The notes under the pieces are model-generated. The model ran no database searches. It had not been told where the DNA came from and worked only from the letters and a program-made list of their open reading frames with translations. A DNA stretch of 41,166 nucleotides from a virus (lineage: Duplodnaviria > Caudoviricetes). Each line of letters starts with the position of its first letter. Position 1 is the stretch's first letter. The translations under genes were made by a program, and so were the position numbers. The stretch is from positions 1 to 41,166 of IMG/VR virus record IMGVR_UViG_3300048574_000468; one strand, 5' to 3'. Positions 24,763 through 34,210 of the stretch are shown in pieces.

Positions 24763-25039
24763 CACTTGGTGTTATGTCGGAAGCATTTTGGTGAGTAACG
24801 ACGTCATGGCAAAGAGCAATGAACTCCTCCACAGTAAAAGTTCCCTTTGCATTGTTGACTTGATGGTCCACAATCCAAAGATTTGAGATGTCGTGTTTTC
24901 CACCACGAGAGAGTGGAACAATGTGGTCGAGCGATGCGGTCTCCGGCGTCAACGGACGTCCGCTCAAAGCACATCGATAGTTTTGCTGTTCAATAAGTTT
25001 GAGGACCATCTTGGCGGTCACTGTAGGTGTTTGCGGCAT
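24740..25039 (-). CDS. HNH endonuclease
   Basis: QNYRCALSG...SLDHIVPLSRGG...SNL...VNNAKG. Confidence 0.88.
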   Translation of the reverse strand: MPQTPTVTAKMVLKLIEQQNYRCALSGRPLTPETASLDHIVPLSRGGKHDISNLWIVDHQVNNAKGTFTVEEFIALCHDVVTHQNASDITPSAIGTSEN

Positions 25040-25502
25040 ATCGACCTTCTTTTCGCTTGTTGTGATTATTCGACACAGTATGTGCCCAACGATTCCAGCC
25101 ATTTCGGGCGTGGCGACGAAAATGATTATGGCCTTGTGTTTGCATGCGTTTGGCAGCTTCCTGCCAAGTAACGGTTGGATAGCGTTCGAACCGGCAATGT
25201 TCGTGGCAATGTGCGCGATCGAGACCACGCAGTCGAAAGCTGTGCGCGAGTGAGTCGGCCTTGTTTTTCCAGCAGTCTTGAGTCGCGCGTACTCGATCTC
25301 CGCTTATTTTCAACAACATGTGGCCAATCGCCAATTTCCATAGCCATTTTGTGGCCACTGACGAATGAATCGGACCGTCTACACGTGATATGGGCACGCC
25401 GTAGAGCAACGGTATTCCATTTCTATCCAAAAGGGTGGCTTTGTTGTTGTGAATCGCCGCTTGAATCGACAGGGTCCGGAAGGCCATCGTTGCAGCAACC
25501 AT
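24990..25502 (-). CDS. Hypothetical protein
   Basis: 170 aa, AGGAGG RBS, overlaps the HNH start. Confidence 0.6.
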   Translation of the reverse strand: MVAATMAFRTLSIQAAIHNNKATLLDRNGIPLLYGVPISRVDGPIHSSVATKWLWKLAIGHMLLKISGDRVRATQDCWKNKADSLAHSFRLRGLDRAHCHEHCRFERYPTVTWQEAAKRMQTQGHNHFRRHARNGWNRWAHTVSNNHNKRKEGRYAANTYSDRQDGPQTY

Positions 25503-25691
25503 ATCGGTCCTCCTGTTCTGTTTGACTGTGAGTCTGGATTACCTCTTTCGCATCGTTCGATACGTTGCCACGGTGTGCCAACACGTTGCGTTGCTTGCGA
25601 CAATGGCATTTGTGGGTTGCGATGTTCGACACCTTTGCAACGTGCGCAAACGTCGTGCGACACGTGCAACATCTCGTTGTGCATCGCATCA

Positions 25692-25922
25692 TCACGTCTC
25701 CGCATCTGCAACGGCATGGTCCTTGCGCAGTGCATCAAATCGATGCTCGAACTCCCCACACCATTCGTCAGGCGAGACGGCAGGAAAGATGCTGATAGCC
25801 AGTTGGTCATGGGTGCCATCATGCGTCAATCGCGGCATTGGCGAATGCCGCCGACATTCGTTGCGCGACTGGCCTGCGGACTTTGGCGAGAAGTAGCGAC
25901 AGCATTCACAAGCGATCTTCAT
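25692..25922 (-). CDS. Small Cys-rich phage protein
   Basis: CECCRYF...ECRRHSP...FPAV...DEWCGEF pattern. Confidence 0.7.
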   Translation of the reverse strand: MKIACECCRYFSPKSAGQSRNECRRHSPMPRLTHDGTHDQLAISIFPAVSPDEWCGEFEHRFDALRKDHAVADAET

Positions 25923-26006
25923 GATTTCACCTTGGGGTTTGTGGTGACGATTTCGGAGACGCACGCGACGACTTCAAAAACCTGAAGTCACGCGCCATTG
26001 GCTGGA

Positions 26007-26275
26007 ATTCTTCACAGAGATTCTTCACAATACCCCCGCGCGCACATAAATCGCGTGTTACGCGTGTGTGGGTGTGAATTTGTGAAGAATTTAATGAAGA
26101 GAGAGAGAAGTCTTTATTATTTATAGATTTACGTCGCCGAAATCCTTCACAAAACGGGTGTGAAGAATCTGTGAAGGATTGTGAAGGATTTCCCTCCAAT
26201 TGTATTGTTTCGATACATTTCATAGCCGAATTCTTCACACGTTTGTGAAGGATTTGAAACAATCTCGTGAAGGAT
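26007..26275. repeat. Probable replication origin: ten TGTGAAGRAT iterons in both orientations around an AT-rich core
   Basis: Copies start at 26007(-), 26020(-), 26081, 26142(-), 26159, 26170, 26180, 26230(-), 26244 and 26266 (one mismatch); AT-rich tract about 26111-26130; directly downstream of the primase gene. Confidence 0.8.
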
Positions 26276-26288
26276 TTCGCGGCGACAT

Positions 26289-28610
26289 TCATGTGAGTTG
26301 ATAACCGAAGGCTGGCTTGGTCTTTGTGTCGATTTTGACAGTGGTGATATCGCCCTGTTGCTCGAGTGTGCTGACGATCTGATCGAGATCAAACGCTTTG
26401 CAATGCATCTGGCGGATGATCTCGCCTCTCGCCATTTGACCACCACACTCGCGGAGCTTGCGAATCATTTTCAGACACTCGGCGTGAAACGGATTCTCCG
26501 CAACATGTTCGCGGGCCAGAAACAGCATGCGGCGGACAAGATGCCCGGTGAACTCGGCTGCCCAGACGGCCACCTCGGCGTCAATGCTGGGCGATTGGTA
26601 ATTGCGGCTACAGGCATAAACCAACGCGAGCCGCATGGCATTTTCATAGGCTCTCGTCCATAGGATGGCACTGACGCGATCCCCCGCATCCTTGGCGGCC
26701 TTGTATTCTTCGTCGGCGTGCGAGGCAAAATGGTCGAGCAGGTCATAGCCGTCTTGCGTGAAGGGAACGATGGCTGGCGTTGGATGTTCATCATCCAGAT
26801 TCGGCTTCTGGCCAGTCACCGGATGGGGTGGAGCAGGATTGTACTCCTTCCACCATCGGGCAATCTCAATGAGGTGGGGCGGCAACTCGCTCACATCGTG
26901 GGTACGTTGCTTGCTGCCACGTTCCTCGGCATCAACCACGATTGACCGAGAAAAAAGGCCATTGGTCAACAGCCGCGTGCTGAGCGATTCGAAAAAGCAT
27001 TCGGGAGTGCCGGTGCCCAAGATCACCAATCCCGGCTGATCGACTTCTCGCACGAGATCTTCGTTCCGGCCGCGAACTCGGACCTTGGTTCGCACGGTGT
27101 GAATCTGGTCGGCCTCGCTGTAAAGCGTCAGCAACATGCTCAACAGCATGCTATGGTAGGACTCGTTCGAAGCGGATAGGGACCGCATTAAATGATCGAC
27201 CTCATCGGTCAGAAAGAGCATCTTGCGGTGTTTGAGGATTTCGTCTTCCAGTCCTTGTCCGCTGGAAATCTGATTGCCGATCGCGTCGCCCATGCCGATT
27301 GTGCCGAGGATGTGCGAGTTGACCTTGCGGGGAAAGCCTTTGCCGACGCCCGAGTCGGCGAGGGCAAGCATGTAGAGGTTCGGACGAAGCCCGCCTTCTT
27401 CCCGGACCTTGCGGCTGCATAGAAACGACTGCAGCGCCATCGCAGCGCAGAATGCCATGGGCAGGTTCGGATAGCGGGCGGCATACATGCTGAAATCAAT
27501 CACGTCGCCAACAAAACCGGGCACCCGCATCAAATGTTCCGGGATTGGGGCGATCTTCTTGGGTTGCACATAGGTCTTTTGCGATTGAATAACGACCGAC
27601 GATGATTTGAGGAGTTGTGACAGATCCACATCGGCTGCCGGTGTTGAGTCCTGCCCGAATCCTTCTGCCCGCAATGCCGATGCGGCTGCGGCATAGTCGC
27701 CGTTGTGTTCGAGCAAGGCGTAAACAGTAAAGGGCGAATAAGCATGATTCGGCTCGAACGGAGAGGCACTGCTGGAGAAGACATAGAAAACATGATCCTT
27801 GAATGTGGCCGACCAGCCGCTGGTTTTGCTAGGCCGACGCCAGTACTCGTTGTCGCCGGATTGAACCAATGTCCAACCGTGGCGGCGAAGTACGGCACGA
27901 ACATCACCTCGTTCGTTGAAATCGTCACCTGGACGGCCATCGGAGGGCGTCGCGGGATTCGTTGGTGGCACGACGGGTTCAGCCACGTTCTGATTCAGCG
28001 CCCATGCCGCATGGAGCAGCGTCTCGCGTTCGGCTTCGTTCAATACAGGGAGCTCGGTGAAATCCCCTTGTTGGAGTTCATAACCTGGCGACGGCGAACA
28101 GAGAAACAGTCCGCCCTCACCGCGGGTTTCAATGAGCGTCAAAAGGATATGCCAGTTGCCATCCGCATCCTTACGTGGCTTGTAAGGCTTGCCTTGGATG
28201 ACGATATCTGCGGGGCTATCGACAATCTGCTTGCGTTGGGCGAGCTTCATGTTGCCCGAGACGGTCGACTCACAGCGATAGACAACATGGCATCCGCCCG
28301 AAGGTGATCGCTCGATCACCAGGCGTTGCAGCAAGTTTGGTGCGATCGATTCGATGGTCTGCCGCCATGGTCCAAATGCCTCGCCGGCCATGTCGAAGTC
28401 GATCATCTCCAAGTTCTTGGAGGCAGCGCCGGTAATCAGACATAGGGCATTCGCCTCGGCAAACCAACGCTGCAATTCCTCCTTGGTGGGAAGCCGGGCC
28501 TGGTACTGCTTCCAGGATCGCAGCGATGGTCGCTTCTCTGCCACGATCGCCGGCAGGACACACAGCCCTGCGTCGAGATAGGCGGCGGTGACATCGACAA
28601 GACTCATCAC
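26289..28610 (-). CDS. Bifunctional primase-polymerase (AEP) fused to a DUF3987-like ATPase/helicase domain
   Basis: YLDAGLCVLP...KRP...WKQYQ, IDFD, SPSGGCHVVY, ETRGEGG; C-terminal ADSGVGKG and FLTDE; terminal winged helix. Confidence 0.88.
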   Translation of the reverse strand: MMSLVDVTAAYLDAGLCVLPAIVAEKRPSLRSWKQYQARLPTKEELQRWFAEANALCLITGAASKNLEMIDFDMAGEAFGPWRQTIESIAPNLLQRLVIERSPSGGCHVVYRCESTVSGNMKLAQRKQIVDSPADIVIQGKPYKPRKDADGNWHILLTLIETRGEGGLFLCSPSPGYELQQGDFTELPVLNEAERETLLHAAWALNQNVAEPVVPPTNPATPSDGRPGDDFNERGDVRAVLRRHGWTLVQSGDNEYWRRPSKTSGWSATFKDHVFYVFSSSASPFEPNHAYSPFTVYALLEHNGDYAAAASALRAEGFGQDSTPAADVDLSQLLKSSSVVIQSQKTYVQPKKIAPIPEHLMRVPGFVGDVIDFSMYAARYPNLPMAFCAAMALQSFLCSRKVREEGGLRPNLYMLALADSGVGKGFPRKVNSHILGTIGMGDAIGNQISSGQGLEDEILKHRKMLFLTDEVDHLMRSLSASNESYHSMLLSMLLTLYSEADQIHTVRTKVRVRGRNEDLVREVDQPGLVILGTGTPECFFESLSTRLLTNGLFSRSIVVDAEERGSKQRTHDVSELPPHLIEIARWWKEYNPAPPHPVTGQKPNLDDEHPTPAIVPFTQDGYDLLDHFASHADEEYKAAKDAGDRVSAILWTRAYENAMRLALVYACSRNYQSPSIDAEVAVWAAEFTGHLVRRMLFLAREHVAENPFHAECLKMIRKLRECGGQMARGEIIRQMHCKAFDLDQIVSTLEQQGDITTVKIDTKTKPAFGYQLT

Positions 28611-28628
28611 AACACCCTTGTTGTTCAG

Positions 28629-28988
28629 CTAACCTCTTGCCTTCAGCGGCGTCTTCTTGGTGAACACGCGAATCAGTGTCCGGGCTCGTGTGACGTATCT
28701 GGCAATGACTTCATTCGCCTCGACTCTCTCATCAGGCGGAGCAACGCGCCGCCCGTTTCCCGCCCGATACGTGAATCGCCCATCATGGCCGTCGATGACA
28801 AACAGGTTCCGCCGCAGACGCCAAGCTCGCGGGAGTTTTGTGGCGATCGCTTTGCGGAACTCGTCGTTGTTGAACCGCGGCATGAGCCGGCCGTGCCCAT
28901 TAGGGCAGACGACGTAACGGGAGCCATGAGCATGGACACGAATGGCACCGCAATCGCAACAAAACACGCGATCGACGAGTTTTTGCAT
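28629..28988 (-). CDS. Hypothetical protein with Zn ribbon
   Basis: AAGGA RBS; CCDCG...CPNGHG; fills the gap between helicase and primase. Confidence 0.6.
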   Translation of the reverse strand: MQKLVDRVFCCDCGAIRVHAHGSRYVVCPNGHGRLMPRFNNDEFRKAIATKLPRAWRLRRNLFVIDGHDGRFTYRAGNGRRVAPPDERVEANEVIARYVTRARTLIRVFTKKTPLKARG

Positions 28989-28999
28989 GACCGTTCCTT

Positions 29000-30694
29000 T
29001 TAGAATGGAATGTCGTCCGATGGCTGTTGCGTGTTGTCGAGAAGGACCGGTTCTGGTTTCTCGCCTAACTCATAGTCGACGATGCGATCGAACTTCTCTC
29101 CCGAGACGGTCCGGACAGTAATGCTGCTGGTTTTGGCCACGCCGCCAGCTGACGCGACGTCCACCGCCTGCTGTGCCGAATTGGGGACAGGATCATTCGA
29201 TCGGGCCCGCCACCACATCTCAGCCTTCCATCGGGCGTAGCCAGTGTGCTCGAAACAGATCCACTCCGACTTGTAACGATAGAAGCCGATCTTGTAGTCC
29301 ACACGCATCGTCTTTGGGACGCTTTCGTCGGCTCCTTGTTTAACATGGACACTGTAAAGGACGTCATGCACTTCGTAGCGAGTTTCAGTGACTTGGCCGG
29401 AAAGCACGGCTTCGCTCGATGCGTTGGGGTCGTGATTGGCCTGTTCGGGTCTTGGAAACTTATATCCACAATCGGGGCAGATGGCATAGCCTGTTGCGAT
29501 CAGGGAATGGCATTCAGGGCATTCCTTAGCCGGGGCTTCACTGGCTTTGTTGCCATTTGCGTTGGAGTCCTTCATGCGGATTTGATCGACAGGCCCATGC
29601 CGCAGCACATTGCCGCCGAAATCGAGAATAAGGCAATTCTTCTTGCCGGGATGCAATCGAAAGCCTCTGCCAAGGCACTGGTAATAGAGTCCTGGCGACA
29701 TGGTAGGACGCAACATCGCCACGCAATCGATATTCGGTGCGTCAAAGCCTGTCGTCAACACGTTGACATTGACCAGATACTTCAGCGGCTTCCGTTCGAA
29801 AAGGTCATCGGATGCATCGCCGCGGAAACGGGCAAGCAGCTCGTCTCGTTCACCCGGTGGTGTTTGACCGCACACAAAACCGCATTCCAGCCCATGCCTT
29901 TCCTGAAATACCCGCTGGATATGCTGAGCGTGTTTAACTCCGGAAGCAAAGATCAGTACCGCATGACGATCGCGTGTATATTCAACAATCTCTTGGCAGG
30001 CTGACTCGACCAGTTGATCTTGGTCCATCACCTGCTCGACCTCTTCGGCTACGAACTCACCGGCCCGAACATGCAGTTGACCGGTATCGGCCTTTTCGCG
30101 GCCGGACTTGGTCACCAGCGGACAGAGATAGCCGTCACGAATCAGCTCTTTGACGCCAATCTCGAAGCAAACCGCATTCAAGATATTTTCGGAACCACAG
30201 ATCATGCCCGACTTCAGGCGGAAAGGCGTTGCGGTAAGCCCAATCGTTCGCACTCGCGGATTAACGACCTTTGCCTCGGTCAAGAATTGTCGATACATCC
30301 CCTCGCCGTCTGGCGGAATCAAATGCGCCTCGTCAACGATGACAAGATCGAAGGCATCCAGTTCGCAAGCCCGCTTGTAGACCGATTGGATTCCGGCAAC
30401 GATTACTGGCTCTTCGGTGTCTCGTCGGCGAAGCCCTGATGAATAGACGCCGAACTTTAGTTCAGGACAGATTGCCCGGAGTTTGTCCGCTGCCTGTTCC
30501 AGGAGTTCTTTGACGTGAGCAAGAACCAGCACTCGCCCGCCCCATTGCGTTACGGCGTCTCTGCAGATCGTGGCGAGAATGGGCGTCTTTCCGCCGGCCG
30601 TGGGGATCACGACACACGGGTTGTCATCGTGCTGACGAAGATAGTCGTAAACGGCGTCGACCGCCGCTTGTTGGTAAGGACGAAGCGTCAACAT
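29000..30694 (-). CDS. SF2 DEAH-box helicase (RadD/YejH-like) with Zn finger
   Basis: LRPYQ, PTAGGKT, DEAH, TATP, LTTGFDAP, QCLGRGFR, CPEC/CPDC; SSB-like tail DDIPF. Confidence 0.93.
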   Translation of the reverse strand: MLTLRPYQQAAVDAVYDYLRQHDDNPCVVIPTAGGKTPILATICRDAVTQWGGRVLVLAHVKELLEQAADKLRAICPELKFGVYSSGLRRRDTEEPVIVAGIQSVYKRACELDAFDLVIVDEAHLIPPDGEGMYRQFLTEAKVVNPRVRTIGLTATPFRLKSGMICGSENILNAVCFEIGVKELIRDGYLCPLVTKSGREKADTGQLHVRAGEFVAEEVEQVMDQDQLVESACQEIVEYTRDRHAVLIFASGVKHAQHIQRVFQERHGLECGFVCGQTPPGERDELLARFRGDASDDLFERKPLKYLVNVNVLTTGFDAPNIDCVAMLRPTMSPGLYYQCLGRGFRLHPGKKNCLILDFGGNVLRHGPVDQIRMKDSNANGNKASEAPAKECPECHSLIATGYAICPDCGYKFPRPEQANHDPNASSEAVLSGQVTETRYEVHDVLYSVHVKQGADESVPKTMRVDYKIGFYRYKSEWICFEHTGYARWKAEMWWRARSNDPVPNSAQQAVDVASAGGVAKTSSITVRTVSGEKFDRIVDYELGEKPEPVLLDNTQQPSDDIPF

Positions 30695-30719
30695 GGGAAA
30701 AACGCCCAAAAAGTGCCAC

Positions 30720-30767
30720 TTGCCAAATGCCGAAACAATACGTATACTTTCTGTAGATCAATACGTA
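30720..30767 (+). promoter_or_regulatory. TA promoter with repeated operator
   Basis: TTGCCA-N17-TATACT; CAATACGTA direct repeat at 30736 and 30759, each containing the palindrome TACGTA. Confidence 0.7.
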
Positions 30768-30790
30768 CTACAAAACGTGGAGCCGGCGAC

Positions 30791-31039
30791 ATGAAAAAAC
30801 TCACTTTGGGCGTGGATCCGCAGGTGATTGAAGAGGCGAGGGCTTTGGCCGACGAGACCGGCACCAGCGTCTCTTCGATGTTCGAACGATTCGTTCGGCT
30901 ATTGGCCTGGCAGCGTCGTTCCTCCAAGCCGATTGGACCTCTTGCCCGCAAGGCGACCGGCATGATCGTTCTGCCGAAGGGGCGGTCCGACAAGGAAGTC
31001 CTTGAAGACGCCCTGCTGGAAAAACATGGAATGCGATGA
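30791..31039 (+). CDS. Ribbon-helix-helix antitoxin (DUF6364-like)
   Basis: MKKLTLGVDPQVIEEARALA...SVSSMFE...LLEKH; ATGA overlap with the PIN gene. Confidence 0.82.
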   Translation: MKKLTLGVDPQVIEEARALADETGTSVSSMFERFVRLLAWQRRSSKPIGPLARKATGMIVLPKGRSDKEVLEDALLEKHGMR

Positions 31040-31455
31040 TGAACGTTTTTGTCGATACAAACGTGCTTCTGGACGTATTGGCCAAGAGAGACCCATTCTA
31101 CGAAGACTCTGCCGCCGTTTGGACGCTGGCCGAACAGGGCAAAATTCACGGACTTGTTTCGGCGTTGAGTTTTTCCAATATCTACTACATCGTGCGGCGA
31201 TTGAAGGATCGTCGCACTGCGGAACGAGCGATGCGGGTTTTGCGAAACACCTTTGCCGCCGTGGCGTGCGACGAGCAGGTGCTGTCTCAGGCCATTGACG
31301 CGGGCATGAAGGATTTCGAGGACGCCATCCAGTATTTTAGCGCCCTTCACGCGGAATCTGCATGTGTGATCAGCCGTAATCCCGATCATTTTTCCCGCTC
31401 CCCGCTTCCGATAGTCACGCCCGCCGAGTTTCTTGCCGCCCATTCGTTCCAATAA
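31036..31455 (+). CDS. PIN-domain (VapC-like) toxin
   Basis: VFVDTNVLLD, DFEDAIQY, ISRNPDHF, TPAEFL. Confidence 0.9.
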   Translation: MMNVFVDTNVLLDVLAKRDPFYEDSAAVWTLAEQGKIHGLVSALSFSNIYYIVRRLKDRRTAERAMRVLRNTFAAVACDEQVLSQAIDAGMKDFEDAIQYFSALHAESACVISRNPDHFSRSPLPIVTPAEFLAAHSFQ

Positions 31456-31806
31456 CAAAGAAGTCCGGCGCCGGAACTTGCGTCCGGAGGGCTTGCTTTA
31501 TGAAGGCGTATGCCCCGCACTATGCCGCCGGAGGCCGTTAGTTCCGACTCGGGCATTCCCGATAGGCCGCGACCATCCAAGCCGTCACGTCGGGCAATAT
31601 GACGGGTTGGACGCGGCAATCGCGGCCACAACACGCCTCATCCTGCAGTCGTGCCGCCCATTCATCGAATGGCCTATTCCGCAGCGGGGCACACACACCG
31701 ATGGTGTCGTCGGGGAAGTCCACCTTGATGCCGACGGCAATAAACAAAAATGATCTCATGCCAGAATCCTTTCACTATGGAGAATGACGGAGAAAAACAT
31801 TTGGCG

Positions 31807-32652
31807 TTAGGCCACAGCGTCGTGCAAGAACTCTTCGGGCAGAGGAAACAGCTCACAGCCGACAGCCCGCAATTGCATGATTCGCTCGCCGCGAAGATAA
31901 GCGATCAACGCACGTTCCGTCTTGCCGTACCGAATGCGCCGCACGGCCTGCGACTTGCCGGCGTTGGCATTACTGAGCAGGAATTGCCAAAGCAATGCGA
32001 TGGAGGAGTCTTCTGCGTCGACTGAGCCGCCGGTTTTGAGTACATCACAAAAATGGACGAGCTTTGCGTGATCAATGGCATAATAGGCCCGGGCAATAAT
32101 GCCACGGATCGTTGCGTTTGCAATGCCCTTGTATCGGCATGTACCGAGATGTTCCATGGCGAAGTCGATCGCATCGGCGTGTTTTGTCATCCAGTCGGCC
32201 TCCTCGCTGACCGTCAGATGTAGGGTGTGCGAGCCATTGCCGGAAAGCATGGCACGCAAGGTTGCCAAACGGTTCACGGTAATCTCGCCTGTCTCGCCGC
32301 TAAGGTGCAGCACGTCGAAATTGTTGCGTGATTGGCCGGTGTCGACGGCGATCATATTCTCGATCGGCTCGTTGAAAAACACTCGAAGTTGAACGGTTTT
32401 CGTAGACAGCGTGACGGCCCAAAGACGATGTTGGCCGTCGATCAGCACTCCATCGGCATCGAAAGCGATGCCTTGGTGCGTAAGCCGCCAACGCCCTGCT
32501 TGCATGTCGCGGACGAAGCGGTCGACCAAAGGTTGCTTTAGTGGCCGATTGTGCGTGTTTCCCTCCAGCCAACGGGCGGCCAGTTCCGGGCCGACCTCCA
32601 TAATGGTGTTGTATGGCGTTTTGTTGTTGCCTGATTGGTTTGTTGCGATCAT
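31807..32652 (-). CDS. ParB/Srx-like domain protein (DGQHR)
   Basis: PELAARWLEGNTHNR...GIAFD...LIDGQHRLWAV...VDTG..R. Confidence 0.75.
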   Translation of the reverse strand: MIATNQSGNNKTPYNTIMEVGPELAARWLEGNTHNRPLKQPLVDRFVRDMQAGRWRLTHQGIAFDADGVLIDGQHRLWAVTLSTKTVQLRVFFNEPIENMIAVDTGQSRNNFDVLHLSGETGEITVNRLATLRAMLSGNGSHTLHLTVSEEADWMTKHADAIDFAMEHLGTCRYKGIANATIRGIIARAYYAIDHAKLVHFCDVLKTGGSVDAEDSSIALLWQFLLSNANAGKSQAVRRIRYGKTERALIAYLRGERIMQLRAVGCELFPLPEEFLHDAVA

Positions 32653-33401
32653 TGCTCAATTCCTTTCAAACGTTGGGTTAATTCCGCAATCAGAGTGCGG
32701 ACAAAATTGACATCGAAAAGTTTGAAGATGGTGGCTGCCGCGATTACCGGGTTCGTTGGCGGCAGGTTTAGGGAAATCACGGGATTTGGCAGGCTGTGCC
32801 CAAGAACGGGGGGAGCGGCATCAGGGGAAATGCGAATGCCTTTTTTGCGTTTTGTTTTGCTTTTCGGGTTTTTTCCGATCTTGGATGTATTGATGGTCCG
32901 GCCATCACAGCCCTTACGTGGAATTGACTTGTCGATAATCGACAAGTCAGCTTTCGATGGCGTTAGTTCATGCCGAAGTTTCTGCACGGTCTGTCTATGA
33001 ACGCCAACGTAGTCAGCCAAAGCGGCATCTGATACGCCCTTGCTATTGGCGTGGGCCAACGCGGCGCGAGTAGCACGCAATTTGTCCTCATTGGTTCTGC
33101 GTAGCCCGTGCGTCTTGTTGACGCTGTAGCTGTGCCATTGGGCATCAGCGAGCGAGCCTTGATACAGATTGCACTCGATAGCTTCGCCGGGCAAAGCCAT
33201 GACATACGCCTGCAACCGATGAAACCCATCGGCCAGCCAATAGTCTTCGCCATCGAAGAATACATCGACGGGAGGGAACTTCTCGCCCGCCTTCATCCGC
33301 TCGCCATACTCATCGCATACGGCTTGGTCAATCTTCGCCCGCGGCTGCGTACCGCCGTCCAGGCGAATGTTTTCAGGATAAATTCTCTCATTTATCGCCA
33401 T
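32649..33401 (-). CDS. ParB-N domain protein with HTH
   Basis: GTQPR, FPPVDVF, LADGFHR, NKTHGLRRT, SDAALADYVGVHRQTV. Confidence 0.82.
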   Translation of the reverse strand: MAINERIYPENIRLDGGTQPRAKIDQAVCDEYGERMKAGEKFPPVDVFFDGEDYWLADGFHRLQAYVMALPGEAIECNLYQGSLADAQWHSYSVNKTHGLRRTNEDKLRATRAALAHANSKGVSDAALADYVGVHRQTVQKLRHELTPSKADLSIIDKSIPRKGCDGRTINTSKIGKNPKSKTKRKKGIRISPDAAPPVLGHSLPNPVISLNLPPTNPVIAAATIFKLFDVNFVRTLIAELTQRLKGIEQ

Positions 33402-33413
33402 GATTGGCGTCTC

Positions 33414-33758
33414 CTACTGGTTCTGGGCCATTGTCAGGTAGAGTTGGACGGCCAGTTTCGGTAGGTCGTCGAGCCGCACGATCACCACCCACGGCTGTTG
33501 GCTTGCCCGATGCAACACGACAGGGATATTTTCGCCGGCGTCGGCAATGGCTTGGTCGAGGGATGGATAGAGACGCAATGCCTCGTTTCTTTTCACCTCA
33601 AAATGCACGCCGGGAATGGCGGCGCGAACATCGGGTGACTCGGCACTTCCGGAGAACTGCCGCCCCCGATAGGCCTCCACTCGAAACAGCCGTCGCAATT
33701 CGGCGGCTGCCTCGAGTTCGCCGCGGCATCCCTTCCGACGAGACTTGGCCCCCATCAT
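33414..33758 (-). CDS. PD-(D/E)XK Holliday-junction-resolvase-like nuclease
   Basis: SRRKG..GELE, SPDV, HFEVKR, PVVLHR. Confidence 0.8.
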   Translation of the reverse strand: MMGAKSRRKGCRGELEAAAELRRLFRVEAYRGRQFSGSAESPDVRAAIPGVHFEVKRNEALRLYPSLDQAIADAGENIPVVLHRASQQPWVVIVRLDDLPKLAVQLYLTMAQNQ

Positions 33759-34210
33759 GGCCTCCTCCACGGCGGCGTGGCGTTGGGGGCCTGCTGCGGC
33801 TTGCCAGTGACCGCGTCTCGCTTTTCATAACCGCCGATTTCGTTGGCGATCTCACCCGTGTCTTTTCGCTTCTTGCAGCGAACGCGAATCGTCAGCGGCA
33901 AATTGTGAAGCTCAACACTATCGTTGGGCGTCAATACACCGATGGCACGGCAGATTGCCGAAAGCTCGCTCTGGGCGATTTTGCTGGCGAGTTCGTTGGG
34001 GTTTTCGAGATTGAGCCTGGCCCATAGCTGGCGGTTCGCCAATGGCCCTTCAAGAATTGTGAAGGCAAGTTCCAGAAATCTGCCATTGCCGGCCTTGTTG
34101 GGCTTCATTTCAGAAGCCGTGATCATGGCCAGGTATTTTCCGGCTGGAATCGCCTCGAACGGCGTTGCCGGCTCCACCTTGTTGGCGTCGAATCCGCGTA
34201 AATCAGACAT
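33755..34210 (-). CDS. DUF669-family protein (putative ssDNA-binding)
   Basis: FDANKVEP...IPAGKY...LSAICRAIG...LHNLPL...NEI.GY...PPW. Confidence 0.85.
   Translation of the reverse strand: MSDLRGFDANKVEPATPFEAIPAGKYLAMITASEMKPNKAGNGRFLELAFTILEGPLANRQLWARLNLENPNELASKIAQSELSAICRAIGVLTPNDSVELHNLPLTIRVRCKKRKDTGEIANEIGGYEKRDAVTGKPQQAPNATPPWRRP

Noticed and set aside
26007-26275. CRISPR array
   Set aside because: Units are 10 bp, irregularly spaced and in both orientations; no cas genes.
30688-31458. 256-aa minus-strand ORF bridging to the helicase
   Set aside because: Shadow of the RHH-PIN pair.
31456-31806. Small ORFs between the PIN toxin and the ParB-like gene
   Set aside because: No clear RBS or motif; cannot choose a frame.
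31807-32652. DGQHR motif as evidence of a Dnd phosphorothioation system
   Set aside because: No dndA/C/D/E-like genes; the context is a phage ParB-like protein.
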